Assembly: GCA_905178155.1 (NCBI GenBank)
Contig: CAJINV010000003.1
Coordinates: 3,503,600-3,567,599 of the forward strand
Origin: Amoebophrya sp. A120
Lineage: Eukaryota; Protista; Dinoflagellata
DNA length: 64,000 nt
Direction of reading: 5' to 3'
Below are positions 44,272 through 56,916 of the stretch, one piece after another. The position numbers were made by a program, and so were the translations under genes. Numbering within the stretch: position 1 is the stretch's first letter; each line of letters starts with the position of its first letter. The notes under the pieces are model-generated. The model searched no databases, was not told where the DNA came from, and was given only the letters and a program-made list of their open reading frames with translations.

Positions 44272-47200
44272 TTATGTCGAGGATCCCTTGCTGTCCAGCC
44301 TCTCGAGTAACCGGAGCGCCTCCTTAGCGGAGCTGAGACGCTGGTGCTCGTCGAAGTGTAACAATTTGCGGCACAAGTGGCGACTGTCCGGATCAGGAAT
44401 GAACCGCGCCAGCCGACGGTCCACTTCCGGGTCGTCGCGGAGAAGGTTGTACCATTCCCAGCTGAGTTCGTGAAACAGCCGGCGCAGGCCTTCTTCAGTG
44501 CAGTCTGTGCGACTTCGCGCCGAACAAGTGGCCTTGATGTTCTCCCGCCACTTCCGCGACCAGGGCCAGTAGTTCGTGGTCTCGAGGTGGAAGAAAATGA
44601 TCCCCACGGCCCACAGGTCATTCAAGGGCGAGATCACGCGGCGCTCGCTCACCATCATTTCGGGGGCCAGGTACTCGGCGGTGCCCTGGATTGTCGCGGT
44701 GGGTGTAACTCCCGGAATGCGCCTATCCCTATCGGCGGGCAGGACCGGAAACAAAGTCGGATGCAAAAAGTACGTCGCGTTCGACGTCCTTGCTGCACTG
44801 GCCGCGTGAATCACCTGCTGCACCGCGGCAGTGGTTGCGGTGGCCAAAAGGGTCGTGGACGGCACGGATCCGACGGCCGCAGGGTTGTTCAATATCGTGG
44901 TACGAGTGAACGGTCGTGTAATGTGTCCCTGAGCAATGTGCGAGCCGATGTCGGAGGGTCCCGGAGGCGGTGGCGGTACGTGCTGCTGCCAAGTAGATCT
45001 GTTTTGCGAAAGCACTCCTTCGCCTCCGACGACCGCAAGGGCGCTCGTCTGTGGTGCTTGCTGCGCGTGGCGGCTTCCAACTGGCGCACTCTGGAGACTA
45101 CTCGCGATCGTGTTTGCCCCTCCTGTTGCTGCTGGCGCAGCCGCTCCCGCGCTGGCGTGCCGCGCTGACAAGGAGGAAGAGGCAGCTCCAGCTGCAGGCC
45201 CTGGCTGCATCCGCGTCCGCATCGCAGCTGCTATAATGTTAGGTGGCTGCGTCTGTCGAGGAGGTTGGTGCAACGTAGTTCTTGTCCTCACCGGGTCGTC
45301 CTCATCGACACTGAAGGGCTGCTGTGGGTGATGCATATTGTGGTACGTCCGAAGCCCCTGCAGGACGGACTGGATGCGACCACGCTTCTCCCAGTAGGCA
45401 AGGGCTTCGTAGGGCGTCACAAATTCGAAGTCGATCAGCATCGCCTCCTTCACCGAACCCGTTTCCTCGTCCACGTCCAAGACGAAATTCTGCAGCTTGA
45501 CGTCGGTGTGGACGAGACCGTTCTCATGCATGTGCTGGACCGCGCTGAGGACACCCTTCATGATGCGCCTCTTCTCCTCGTGCATGTTGTTGGGTAGGGA
45601 CTGCGGGCACGTACTGCTCGAGGCGGAGCCCCCACCGCCACCGCTGTCGACGAACATCGGCACCGTGCTGGTCGCGTCCATCGTGTTGACCGCCGAAAGC
45701 AGGGGCGTCGTGTGTAGTTCCTGTGTAGTTGAGCTTGCGCCGGAACCATGCGGAACAAGTGGTACGGACGAGGCAACGCTTGAAGCGAGGGGTGCAGCGG
45801 CAGAAATAGAAGACCCAGGGCCCGGACTTGGACTTGTTGCCCACACGGGCTGCTGGTGCGGCACCGAAACAAGCGGCTGAGCTGCGCTTGGAGTTACCAA
45901 TGTCGGGCGTGTCATCGGGTGTAGCGGCCTGTGCTGCATGGGTGCTGGTGGCGGTTGTACTGGATCGAGAACCGAAGAACCTCCCACCTGATGCCCGGGT
46001 GGAGAGGGCCCATGGAGTGGCACCGCTGTTGGTAACGCGGCGCGATAGGCGGGGGGTAACGGACTACGGTCGAGCTGTCGAATTGGTGAGCGCGACTCGT
46101 GTCCTCTTCGGAATACCGGTAGCGTTCTCCGCACGTTCGCAGGAGCACCACCGCCTCGCAGGCCACACATTGCCAACTGTCTTGGACCACACGAGCTGCA
46201 ACCGGCGGCACACATCGTGCCTGCAGTCGACATGTCGGGGCTCGGAGCGTCCGCTTGGGGCAGCACAAACGTACTACCTGGAGTTGTGGCTACTAATGCA
46301 GGGCTTGTTGCGCTTGTCCTTGTTGTGACAGCAGTTCTCAACATATTAGGATGTTGCGAATGGCGAACTGAATACGCAGCTCCTGGTGCGCTGCGAACTT
46401 GAAGCCTGGACGCGGAGGCAGCAGCCAAGCTGCTTGCTGAGGGTGGATACGTCGCAGTAGGGCTACTTGCAACAGCGGCAGAAATAAAATGGTGGTGACC
46501 ACCTCCCAGTCCCCAATACGGCGTCCTACTCCTGCTATGCGCAGTAGATGTTGAAGTACCTCCTGGAACGCCCACTGTTTGCCTGCGTTGTGCGTCTGCG
46601 CCCGGGGGTGGCGACCGCGACTGCTGCAATTGTCGCGTCGGCGTCCAGTGAGGAGCTGGCAACCCACGCTGTAGCATATAAAGCGCTTGTGGAACCGTCC
46701 CAGGAGCTGCCGCACCCGCAAGGCTGCTACTAGCTGCTTGTGCACGCACCGGCGGCCTGCTGGGCGACGTTGCAGGGGAAAGGCCCGTGCAGCTGGTCGT
46801 GGTTGTACTAGACGGACCAAGTACGACCTGTGGATGAACAGCACGCGACAAATCCTGGTCCAGTACGACCGGCGTCTGCTGCTGATGCTGCTGCTCCACG
46901 ACCTGCTGTTGCGCCAGTACATCTTCCATGTGGCAGCTCGTGGGAGAGGAAGACGTGCGCAGTTCGACCCCTCCGCCTCCGAGCGTCGCGCTCACCCCTG
47001 CACCACCCGCGCTGGCCGATACGGATCCGATAGGGTGATGCACTGCAACCGCAGTTCGGGGTACCAGACCGCGGGTTCGTGCAGCTGCGACCCGTTGTCG
47101 TGATAGCCAGGTGAGCAATGTTCCACCGCGGATGTAGGGCATTTCCATGACAAACCAGTGGTTCTCGACGTCCTCGTACACGCGGTTGATCGGGACTACA

Positions 47201-50200
47201 TTGGGGTGCGGAGGCAAATTCAACATCGCCGTTAAAGCGCGCCGCTTACTCGCCGAGGCCTCGACAAGCTTGAGCACTACCAGCTGTCCGGTTTCACGAT
47301 CAACAGCCACACTTAAATGCTGCTGCTCGAAATCCTCAGTGTTGGAAGTGGTCGATTCGTCGTTTCCTACCTCCGCGAGATCGAGATCAGCATCGCTCGT
47401 CGCTTCGTCTTCGCGCGACATCGTGTGGTCGTCCTCTCCGTGGTCTCGTCCAGCTGTAGTGCGCCCGCCCGTAGCGCCTGCCCGTTGTTGTTCACCGCCA
47501 CTGCTAGAGAAGACTGCGTCAAGGTTGTTAGTGGCACCGTCGTTCCCCGAAGCAGATTCCATGTCGAGCGCGCTGTCAACTCGATTGTACAAATTGTCGA
47601 GGTCCACGATGTTGTCGATCCGAATGAAGCCCTTGCTCACCGCGCCTTGTTCTCGTGGTTTCTCCTGTGCCTGCTGCGATGCCTGACGTTGAGCGCTTGA
47701 GGTAGTTGTAGTACCTCCTGGTGCTGCAGCTGACGTGCTTGCGGGCAGCTGCACTGGTGAAGCAGTGTGACTGATTCGCGCAGTTGGAGGTGGATTCGCA
47801 CTTTCCATGTGGTCTGCCGGAACGACGGATGACGCCTCCCCAGACGCTGAAGAGCTGAGCGCCCCGTCTTGCAGGTCGTGAAGAGGCATGATCTCCTGTG
47901 CAAATTGCACCATCGTGGTGCTGCCAGCAGGATCGAAAGACGTGGTACTTTGCATTGCCCCGTCGTCCTCGTCCTGTTGGGCAACCATTCCTGGCGTTGC
48001 AGCGGACGAGAACGAGGCCACTGGGCTTTGTTGGGCAGGCATTGGAGTGTGCCTCGTACGCGATGCTCTTGGGCCCTCAAATGAGGACTCTGATGAAGAA
48101 CCTCGCAATTGCGAGTTGTGCTTGCGGATTCGGCGTCTGCTACCGTCACTGTGGTCTTCGTGCTCCGTGGACCGCCCACGGGAGACGCGGCTTTGACTAT
48201 CCTCACCCGATGACATTGTGTGCTGCTCTGCTCCACCTGCGAGTGTAGAAGTACCTTGGACAGCTGCTTCTTGGAGGGGACCTCCACTTGTCGCGAAGAC
48301 TTGTTGACGGTCGAGACTACTACCGCTACCCAGGGGGGGATCTGAAAGTGACCGCGGCCAAAGAATCGTCGCTCCTTGTTGATTATTCATATTCGGTGAA
48401 AATGATTCGTCCTCGGAAGAAAAAAGCGAAGACTCATGACGCTCGTGCTCCCGTCGAGAGGAGGGGGAGCTGGGCGAAGGAGGCTCCAGAGGCAAAGACG
48501 AAGACGCAGGGCCACCGGCATCATTGCGCGGGCCTTGCGCTTGCGACGAGGAAGCAGTGCCCCCGCCTTCCTGCTGTTCTTGTCCTCGACCACTGTCGCG
48601 AAAAGCGCCCTCCTCCGCACCAGCACGGCTCGACGACGCGGCTGTACTAGCTCTTGGTCTTCGGCCGCGACCCGTGCCTGTTCTGGCGCGGCGGTTTGTT
48701 CTCGCTTTCATCAACACTGCCGGTAACAATTGTGGGCCTTGCTGGGTCTGTTCCTGTGAGGAGATCTGCTGGGGATCGCGCGAGGAACACTTTGTCCTGC
48801 GGGACACTGCAGTCTCGCTGCTGCTACGTGGTTTGCTAGTACTAGCTTTGGCTCGCACGGCCCCTTTCCCTGGAAACAACTGCGTTCCGGTGGTGGTGCT
48901 GGGCACTTGTTGCGCCAGCGGCCGCGCGCCGCCTTCTTCAAGCTCCGAGCTGCGCGGGGTGCAACTGCGACACGGCTCCGGCGCGCCCACCAAAGCCAGA
49001 TCTCCCCAAGCCTCGAGGACGGAAGCCATGCTGGCCATGCGCGGTTGGTGGGGTGCACACACATTCCACGCCGGGAAAGGTTCTGTGGTGGGCACAATTG
49101 GTATCGTGGCACTGGCGCCTCGTGCAGCTGGCCCGACAATGCTAGTCCCGGCTACCGAGGCAGATGAAGTAGCAGTCGACGTGCTGCCGTTGCCGGCAGC
49201 GATCAGCGCGATTGGTGCAACAAGTGGGCTTGCGGGGACAACTGCGTCCTCGCTCAACATAGAGGGTTGCAACGGTTGCTCCAATGGCATAAATGCAGCT
49301 CCTTCGACATTTGTTCCGCATGATCCACTAGGCCGGGCGCTCGCCCATGGAGCCGTCGCTCCCCGTTGCTGAATGTTGCAAGATGAAACTCCAGGTCCTT
49401 GGTCACCGCTGCTCGGATCAGCTCCACCCGCTATGGTGGCGCTTCGAGCAAACATTTCTGGAAGCCCGTTCATCTGATCATCACCACTACTCTGTTCTTG
49501 CTGGTGCTGTGCGTCTACTTCCACCTCGACCTCCCTCTCATCCATACTGCTCGCAGGACTACAGGAACTCGAGCTTGAATTGCTGTCCTCCGCTGCCGCC
49601 CAAGCACAATAAGAGGGATTCGGCGCTGGTGGCAAGGCCGACTCTGAGCTTGCCGCGCTCCCGCCACCGCTTGCACCTTCCCCGGAGCTGCTCGTCCCGG
49701 CCTCCGCCAGCGACGAAGAAGAGCCGCTCGGTGTACTGCGTGCGTAAACTACCACAATTTCGCTTCTTGTGGCGAGGGCCATCATGTTTGCGAAATACGT
49801 GCACAATAAGATGTGCCCGCGTCTCACTGGGAGCCGGATCCGCTTGATGTTGTTCTCGTTTTCTCTACTGGATGAAGAGCCGTGTGGTCCGGCAGTACAT
49901 CGGACGCGAGTTGGCAGCGAAGTAGTTCTGCTCATATTCCGAAGAGAATACGAACCCGCTGAAAAGAACTCTGCCAAAGAGGACGATGAAGAAGATGTTG
50001 CTGGTCGACTTGTTGCATCGGTGAGGCGTGTGGAGTGGTCAATAGTCCTTTTCAATGGCAAAGTCCGGGGTCCGGTTTGCGATGTTGATGAGCAGCAGCA
50101 CGCGCTCCTGTTCTTCGTTGAGGAAATAGATGAGGCGGATTTGGCCTGTATTTTTTTCTCTTGTTCCTTGGTGTAGTTGTCGTAGTAGTTCTGGTCTACA

Positions 50201-50457
50201 ATATAAGGAGGTCTGGACTCAGTCTCGGAACAAGCGACGCTGGCGTAGCTCATCGGGTATGCTTGTTGTCTCGCGCCGGAGGTCGGCGTGTCTTCTGATG
50301 AAGCTGTCCCGCCGCCGCCGGGCTCGGGGTCGCAAAAAGATGCTACTCTTTCGTCTCCTCGTCCTTGCTCGCACCTCCTTCGCTGTCCGGGCGTAAAAAC
50401 ATGATAATGTTGGAGCCCTCCCACCCTGCTCAGTGGCGATGCCAAGTGAATCGTCAT
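44272..50457 (-). CDS. Ser/Thr protein kinase (CAMK-like) with catalytic domain split by large inserts
   Basis: VVLKLV, HPNVV, MPYIRGGTL, VHTDVKLQN, LIDFEF, GTAEYLAPE, DLWAVGII and RLSSAKEAL occur in the correct order. Confidence 0.9.
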   Translation of the reverse strand: MTIHLASPLSRVGGLQHYHVFTPGQRRRCEQGRGDERVASFCDPEPGGGGTASSEDTPTSGARQQAYPMSYASVACSETESRPPYIVDQNYYDNYTKEQEKKIQAKSASSISSTKNRSACCCSSTSQTGPRTLPLKRTIDHSTRLTDATSRPATSSSSSSLAEFFSAGSYSLRNMSRTTSLPTRVRCTAGPHGSSSSRENENNIKRIRLPVRRGHILLCTYFANMMALATRSEIVVVYARSTPSGSSSSLAEAGTSSSGEGASGGGSAASSESALPPAPNPSYCAWAAAEDSNSSSSSCSPASSMDEREVEVEVDAQHQQEQSSGDDQMNGLPEMFARSATIAGGADPSSGDQGPGVSSCNIQQRGATAPWASARPSGSCGTNVEGAAFMPLEQPLQPSMLSEDAVVPASPLVAPIALIAAGNGSTSTATSSASVAGTSIVGPAARGASATIPIVPTTEPFPAWNVCAPHQPRMASMASVLEAWGDLALVGAPEPCRSCTPRSSELEEGGARPLAQQVPSTTTGTQLFPGKGAVRAKASTSKPRSSSETAVSRRTKCSSRDPQQISSQEQTQQGPQLLPAVLMKARTNRRARTGTGRGRRPRASTAASSSRAGAEEGAFRDSGRGQEQQEGGGTASSSQAQGPRNDAGGPASSSLPLEPPSPSSPSSRREHERHESSLFSSEDESFSPNMNNQQGATILWPRSLSDPPLGSGSSLDRQQVFATSGGPLQEAAVQGTSTLAGGAEQHTMSSGEDSQSRVSRGRSTEHEDHSDGSRRRIRKHNSQLRGSSSESSFEGPRASRTRHTPMPAQQSPVASFSSAATPGMVAQQDEDDGAMQSTTSFDPAGSTTMVQFAQEIMPLHDLQDGALSSSASGEASSVVPADHMESANPPPTARISHTASPVQLPASTSAAAPGGTTTTSSAQRQASQQAQEKPREQGAVSKGFIRIDNIVDLDNLYNRVDSALDMESASGNDGATNNLDAVFSSSGGEQQRAGATGGRTTAGRDHGEDDHTMSREDEATSDADLDLAEVGNDESTTSNTEDFEQQHLSVAVDRETGQLVVLKLVEASASKRRALTAMLNLPPHPNVVPINRVYEDVENHWFVMEMPYIRGGTLLTWLSRQRVAAARTRGLVPRTAVAVHHPIGSVSASAGGAGVSATLGGGGVELRTSSSPTSCHMEDVLAQQQVVEQQHQQQTPVVLDQDLSRAVHPQVVLGPSSTTTTSCTGLSPATSPSRPPVRAQAASSSLAGAAAPGTVPQALYMLQRGLPAPHWTPTRQLQQSRSPPPGADAQRRQTVGVPGGTSTSTAHSRSRTPYWGLGGGHHHFISAAVASSPTATYPPSASSLAAASASRLQVRSAPGAAYSVRHSQHPNMLRTAVTTRTSATSPALVATTPGSTFVLPQADAPSPDMSTAGTMCAAGCSSCGPRQLAMCGLRGGGAPANVRRTLPVFRRGHESRSPIRQLDRSPLPPAYRAALPTAVPLHGPSPPGHQVGGSSVLDPVQPPPAPMQHRPLHPMTRPTLVTPSAAQPLVSVPHQQPVWATSPSPGPGSSISAAAPLASSVASSVPLVPHGSGASSTTQELHTTPLLSAVNTMDATSTVPMFVDSGGGGGSASSSTCPQSLPNNMHEEKRRIMKGVLSAVQHMHENGLVHTDVKLQNFVLDVDEETGSVKEAMLIDFEFVTPYEALAYWEKRGRIQSVLQGLRTYHNMHHPQQPFSVDEDDPVRTRTTLHQPPRQTQPPNIIAAAMRTRMQPGPAAGAASSSLSARHASAGAAAPAATGGANTIASSLQSAPVGSRHAQQAPQTSALAVVGGEGVLSQNRSTWQQHVPPPPPGPSDIGSHIAQGHITRPFTRTTILNNPAAVGSVPSTTLLATATTAAVQQVIHAASAARTSNATYFLHPTLFPVLPADRDRRIPGVTPTATIQGTAEYLAPEMMVSERRVISPLNDLWAVGIIFFHLETTNYWPWSRKWRENIKATCSARSRTDCTEEGLRRLFHELSWEWYNLLRDDPEVDRRLARFIPDPDSRHLCRKLLHFDEHQRLSSAKEALRLLERLDSKGSST

Positions 50458-52572
50458 TTTCCTCGTGGTGTGGTCGAGAAAGGAGCAGCCGAGCGGGTAT
50501 CAAGTTAGAACAGCTTCTACTTGCTGCACCCGCAGCACCACAGCTCCGCTTCCCAGGAGGCAAAAAAAACGCCGGGGTGGGTGGGCAGGGTCGGCTTGGA
50601 GAGCTCCGGCTGCTCGTGCAACTGCTGGTGTGGGCTGTCGTGAAAAGGGTCGGCTCTGTCTTTCGAATCATTGCACGCGAAACAGGCGACGGTGATGATT
50701 CCTTCTCGTTGTGTAGAATTTTGGACCGGAAACGGCACGCGAGGGACCAAAAAAGGAAACGTGGAAATAAACCTTCGTGGTGCGAGAATGATTCAGCTTT
50801 GAGTCCGTGGCATCATCATAACGAGCACCGTGTTCGTCCTAGAGCAGATGAAAGCGTGTTTCTCCTTTTGATGCCGAAAAACGAAACAGACGTGATTTAG
50901 GTTTACAGACGTAACTTAGGTTTACAGAAATCGCAAAAATAAATGAGAACTGTGGTATCATTCTGCCGCGAACGACCCGAAACCCAAGACTGGTACTGAG
51001 AAAGAAGGGCTGCAATTCGCAAGGAATCCGTAGAATAGGTATAGGACAACTTACTACTAGCATTCACAGCAAGGCACAAATCATCTGAGTGGGTTCTCTT
51101 ATGAAGGGAGCATTTGAAGAATGAAAAGCAGTTCTCGGTCTGAAGACGGACTCTAAATCGGTTGTAGCTGGAAGTGGTATCTATTCCTATCGGGTAAAGC
51201 AATGCTTCGAGAGCTTTGATGCACGAAGGGCGGTTCGTCGACGTTGCAAATGCAGTTGTTCCTATTGTCGTCGTCTTCAGTGACAAATTGTCGTGATCTT
51301 CATCGTCTTCCGCTTTGGCTACAACTTCCTACCACAGAAAGCACGATCAGAGTTTCAGTTAACAGATCGGATCATCTTCTAAACTGGACCACCACGACAC
51401 AAAAAGTTCAGACATTCAATTACGTCAACAACATTCAAGGACCAAGGATACGGGTGAAAACTGATCACGGTGTAGCCAACCTCTGCCAGTATAAAAATAC
51501 GTAGATCTTAATCTTCTTTATCCATCTCGTGCGGTCGTACTGTGAGTCAAATGCCTATTGTTTGGATCTTGCTTCCATCTCTGTTTGCGTTGGCTGGTTT
51601 TGGCTTGAGATGAAGCACCTAGTGCTGCAAAAGCTCCGGTACATACTCACTGTCAGAAGCTAGGGCCTGATCATCATCATGCTAGTTGCGTATAGAAAAA
51701 ATATGAACTTTTGCGCCCTCACGTAAGTCTTTGCCTTTGCTTTCTCTCGTGTGAGAAAAACGCATACATCTGGGCGGGCGTTGAGATTTTCTTGCCTCGA
51801 TTGACTCAGATCAGTTTTTGAAGTAAGGACGCCCCGTCTGCACCTCCCCGCGAGCAGTCCTGGACATTCAAAAGTCTGAGTTTCGTCGTCACAAAAAAAG
51901 TACAAATTTCATATATGCTACGTGTACGTCTTTTCTTTTTCCTTGCACTCCTTCTCGTGATCCTTGTCGAAAACACACCAGCAACAGAAATGTATACCGA
52001 AGAGATGCAGATGTGAGAACAAGTGGAAGTCGCGTCGAAGACAACATGTTCTGCCAGTGATCATGTAAAAAGAACTTCACTGCCCTGGAAAACAGGCGGG
52101 ACGCGGCAGAGGGATGAAGTGTGCGCACCGATGAAAAGTGACCAGAAAAAGCTTGTATCAATGTACTTAGTATACGGACAACCAACCTCTGCGACCGCAC
52201 CTACATATCGAGATAGCTCTACGATGTGGCGAAGTGCGAAAGGCTGACAACACAAGCACCTCCCTATATACTTCTCTGCTCCTGGTGCGTCGATCGACGT
52301 TCCGTCGACTAGCGCCACCTGTCCTGCGACCGATAATCCGACCACCAATGATCCTCCACAGTACCCTGTTCCCAATAGGTCGTATTAAAAGCTTCTCGGT
52401 ATGGCAACTCCCACCAATAGTTGGTGCGCAACATATCATGGATACATTGCCCTTCCTGAACCGTGTCACTGGTGAAGAAGGGGGCTAGATATCAATTGCA
52501 AATATGTCAAGGCATCGAAAAATGTCACGCAGATTACTTAACATTTGCCATATTTCCCTTAAAATTTTTTTT

Positions 52573-55500
52573 TTACAAAAACAGAAGAGAACAGCCGAAG
52601 CTGAACCAACTCCGAATACCCTTTCCGAAGCTGTAAAAAACCGCAAGTATGTATTTACTACAGGCCACCGACGGGACAATGCCCTGAGAGAAGTATTCGG
52701 AAACTCCACAAACAATCGTAAAACCGTTTCGCCGAGGAAAAACAGGCTGATCATCAGCCTGTTTTTCCTCGGCGAACCACCAGTTTGTGTGACCGACAAG
52801 CCGCATCACAACTTTGCATCTTCCCCGGCCCAGACATATTTGTAAAATGCATACTAGGAAGTCGGCCCAAGTTCCGCAAGAGGGGATCCACGCATACCCC
52901 GAGTCCATCAGCGTCCTCACCGCAGCGGAAATGGTGCCGAACAGACGCTTCCTTGAACGGCCGAAGACAACGCCAGGGTTTCCAACGTACGACGACTGCA
53001 CGTCATCGCGCTCCACTTCCTGCAGGAATGCCCAGAACGGCAAACTGAAAACAACGAGCATAGAAAGGACCTCTGCGACGTACGCCGAGCGCGGCAGGAG
53101 CAGACTGGCTGTGTGCGGAACCAGTCGGCCGGTTGACCCTCCACTTCCTGCAGAGGTGTGCCGGAACAATACTAGTGTCATGGCCAGACCGAGGAAGAGC
53201 AAGCTGAGCAGCCACCCGAGGACAAGAAACAGAGCCCGCGGAAAGTACTCCCAGGGGTATTTTTGCATCGCCGCCACCTGCATTTTGTGGTTGCCGCAGA
53301 AAGCGCTTTGGGCATGCGCAAGCGCATTGAAACTTCTTTCCAGTTCTTCGCCCGCCAGTAAGCGCTCCGAAGAAGTCAGGCCGAAGAGAACCATTCTTAG
53401 GTTGACATTTTCGCTCCACACAAGCTGCCTCGTTTCGAAAAGCAGTAGGAGGAACATCGCGAATGCCACCACTGAATGCAGGGCCCTCTCGTACTTACGG
53501 GTTTTCATCTCGTGCAGCTCAGAGACCGGTCTCTGCTCTCTTGTCGGAGCAACTGCATCTTCGCCAGTAGCATCGTCCTCCCGCGCCGCGTGCACAGTGT
53601 CGGCTTCGTTACTCTTCTGGTCATAGGTCGAGGATGGAATTGCCGCGGCTATGAGTATCAAAACATGCGGAACGACCAGCCACACGACACGCAGCGCTAG
53701 ATGCCACACCCGTTCGGTCTGTGGCGCTACGAGATACAGGAAATCGTTGCCCTCATCTTCGTTTCTCCACACGACGGATTCACCACGAGGGTTGTAAGTG
53801 GCACTGGCACACTCTCGGTCGTAGACGGTCACCGTATAGTGCGACAGAATGACACAGATTTGATTGATGATCATACAGGTGGTAAAAATGCGGCCCTCCG
53901 AACTGTCGGATCGCTGGGTGACAGACGACAATGTTCCCCTGTCGAAAAAGTCCCAGGGTAACACGTAGTACTTCGACTCCGTGGACGGTAGCTCCTTTTC
54001 CTCGGTTGTGTCCTCCTGCCGCGTCTTGTTGTCACTGATCGCCGCCAACACTTCATGATTTCGCGGCAGCTCCCGCTGCACCACGTCTGGTGGCAGTACC
54101 TCGTCCGCCCCGTTGGCTCGTACATACGTGAGTGGAAAGAAAACCAGCTTTGTTGGCAGTACGATCGCGATCAGAACGGAAATGTAGCCCATGGTGAGAA
54201 AAAACATCGTGAACGTGTACTCGAGCTTCGATAGCGCAAATAAATACGTTAGTATCCACTCGATGACGATCTCGAGAAACGCCAGGAGGTCGCGCACGGT
54301 CCGAAAACCCCTCCTCGAATTCTCCTCCACGCCCTTCAGATCGTGGTTGCAGCTCGTCACCATGGCGCGGAGGTCGCGGTTCTCGCGTTCCAGGTCCGCC
54401 ACCGTCCTTGTCAGGGATGTCTGTGACGTCTGCAGTGTCGTCACCAAACTTCTTAACGATGTCTCTGACGCCTTATGACACCGCACGACTCCCCATGGCA
54501 TGAACGGCAATACAAGAGTCCGTCGGCAAGAATGCAGGTTCTGCATGACAAATTTGCACAGGCGTGTAGTGCTATTTGGGCTTCCAGAACTTGTCATGCA
54601 AACAGTGCCAAGAGGGAGAGGCACAACCTGGACTTCAAATTCGACTTGGTACTTTATTTTGCATGACAAATGCGGGGGTGGGGGACCTGAGCTTCTCATA
54701 AGCCTGCAGACTCGCCACCGACACTCCCAGCTGCGCAAGCTGCTGCTCAACCGAAAGCTGCTGTTTTGGTGCCGTCTGCTCATCATCAAGGCGAACCGCC
54801 TGCAACGCCGAGACGGAGGCCTCGCCCGTAGCGGCACTAGCGGCATCCGCATCCTCCTGATGAGCAGAGGAAGAAGCGGAATGTCGATCTTTTTTCCTAA
54901 AGTGGATAGGCCAAAAGGAAACAGGGTTTTTTTTCATTTTTTCTTCTGCTACGTCTCGCTTTAACTCAAATATGCGAGAAATCTTCATTATGATTTTTTG
55001 AATCTGTTCGACGCTAAGCCGTAGATGGTTCCCGTAGTTTGAAAAATCATCATAACAAATAAGTACTTCTCGTCGGGGTCCTACAGCTGAGTCTGGATTT
55101 TCATCACTCCGCTGTTCAAGAAATGTGTGGTGCGAAAAATCAAGCTGCAGTTCGGTCTCGTGCCCGTGGATCTGATGCGCAGTCGTCGAAAGAGCGAAGG
55201 GCTCAGTTGAAGATTTTGCCTCGCCATCTGTTCCGCTCGCAGAAGCTGGTCTGCTCTCATCGAATGCTTCCAGATCACCAGCGTCCTGGTGGCCGGGTTT
55301 GGAAAGCAATCGCGTGGCTAGAAGTTGCTCCTGACGGGTGGACACCTCTTCCCTTGCAGAATTACCAAGCTCCGAGCCACTTCGCTCCGACAGTTCGTAG
55401 GTCTTCGTCTTGTCTGGAGACGAAGACAACTGGGGCTCGCTTTCTTGAGAAATCGTATTGCCCTCCACCCTTCCGACAACAAAAACGCAACACGCTCCGG

Positions 55501-55573
55501 CGCAGAGCAGCACCCACCGTGCGAACCTGGAGCAACTCCGCTCCGCGAAGTGGGACAGCTGCCATTTGAGCAT
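52573..55573 (-). CDS. Signal-peptide, coiled-coil, multi-pass membrane protein (possibly Frag1/DRAM-like)
   Basis: ORFs 54635-55573 and 52573-54852 are probably spliced together. About 6-7 TM segments. TLSSV...EGRIFTTCM and LHSVVAFAMF recall Frag1/DRAM. The 3' end is uncertain, with a possible last exon at ~52484-52309. Confidence 0.55.
52728..52776. repeat. Perfect 24 bp-arm palindrome
   Basis: TTCGCCGAGGAAAAACAGGCTGAT-C-ATCAGCCTGTTTTTCCTCGGCGAA. Confidence 0.95.
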
Positions 55574-56916
55574 GTCACCAGCTCCAGATAAACAAATACT
55601 ATTGTTTAACTTCCTCTGCAGATGAAGGCAGGTGGACTTACAATGAACTGTGCATCAAGAACTGAAACTCATAGTACGGATCATTCTGTATGTTCTTCAT
55701 TCTTCTGCCGCACCTGCGGCGACACAAGAAACAAAGGATGGCTTCACATCAAGAAGTTCTTGCACGCAAAATCCGTTTCCTCTCTCTCTGTACACAACTT
55801 CACTCATTTAAAGACTATCGCTTAGTGTCTACAATGAAGATCCTGATCGGAAATCACTTGGAGGACTTGGAAGACACTGAACATCGTCATCGATTATATC
55901 CTTCTTCCTGTCTGCACATGATGTGAGCGCTTTCCTGCGGCGTAATACGCTTTCTCGTCATGCTCCGTCTGTACGACGAAATGGCGATTCCTCTACTGCT
56001 TGTCGTGCCAGAAGATTCCACTGCCAGGCTGGAAGCCAGAGCTTGAGCTTTCGGTTCAAACGCCAGTTGAAGCATTAACGCCAGTAGATGCGCTCGTGTC
56101 GTGTAAAAAAGAGCAAGGACATGAGAGCGGTTGTGCTTGTTGCTGGTCAATATGAAAAACATAAGGGGCACCACCTACCATTTTTACCAACACACGTAAG
56201 CTGACCTGAAAATAGGTCTTCGGCATTAAAGAGTTGTGACGTGACATTGAGCACAGGTAGAAGCATTGCGGATATGGGTGATGTTGATGTCGCATCTTCG
56301 GAAGCCCGCCATTGCTCAGCACAGAAACAGGATGAACCACGATCACACTGAGCTGGCGCATCCATGCATACTTTAGGTCCGGCCCCACCGCCCGCTGGAA
56401 AAAGTTCTTCTGAAATAGCCACTCGCGATAGTAGGAAGAAGGAGATAACATACACATCAACGGGGGGGAAGTAGATGTGATAGGGGAGACGAGGTGATCG
56501 CCTTTATTCTGCATGATGATCAGAAAAAAGAAAAAGATTAAATTTGCCCAAACGCGCGTAAATAGAATGCACATGAAGTTAGTGCCCTTTCCGTGGCACA
56601 AACGTGAATGTCGGATTCGCGGACATGGGCGGGGGTCTGGGTCACAATGATAGTTACAATCGAAACTCATGGTGAACATGAAAGCAAGTTTTGTATAAAT
56701 ATTGAAAAAAGATTAAAATTGATCGAAAATGAAAATCATGGTTGAAAAGTAAATAATGTTCATTTCACCTCCCTGTTATCTGCTTTTATTGTACAGTAAA
56801 ATTTATGACAGAAAAAAATTGATTGCCATTGCCCGTTGTTAGAGACAAGTCTGAAACATCAAGTCACACCGTAGGCCGAAACCTAGGCAGTAACTTTGTG
56901 TCACAACAAGACAAAT

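Noticed and set aside
55887-56679. ORFs of 95-207 aa between the membrane gene and the MGC gene
   Set aside because: Composition is atypical, with no domain and no convincing splice chain.
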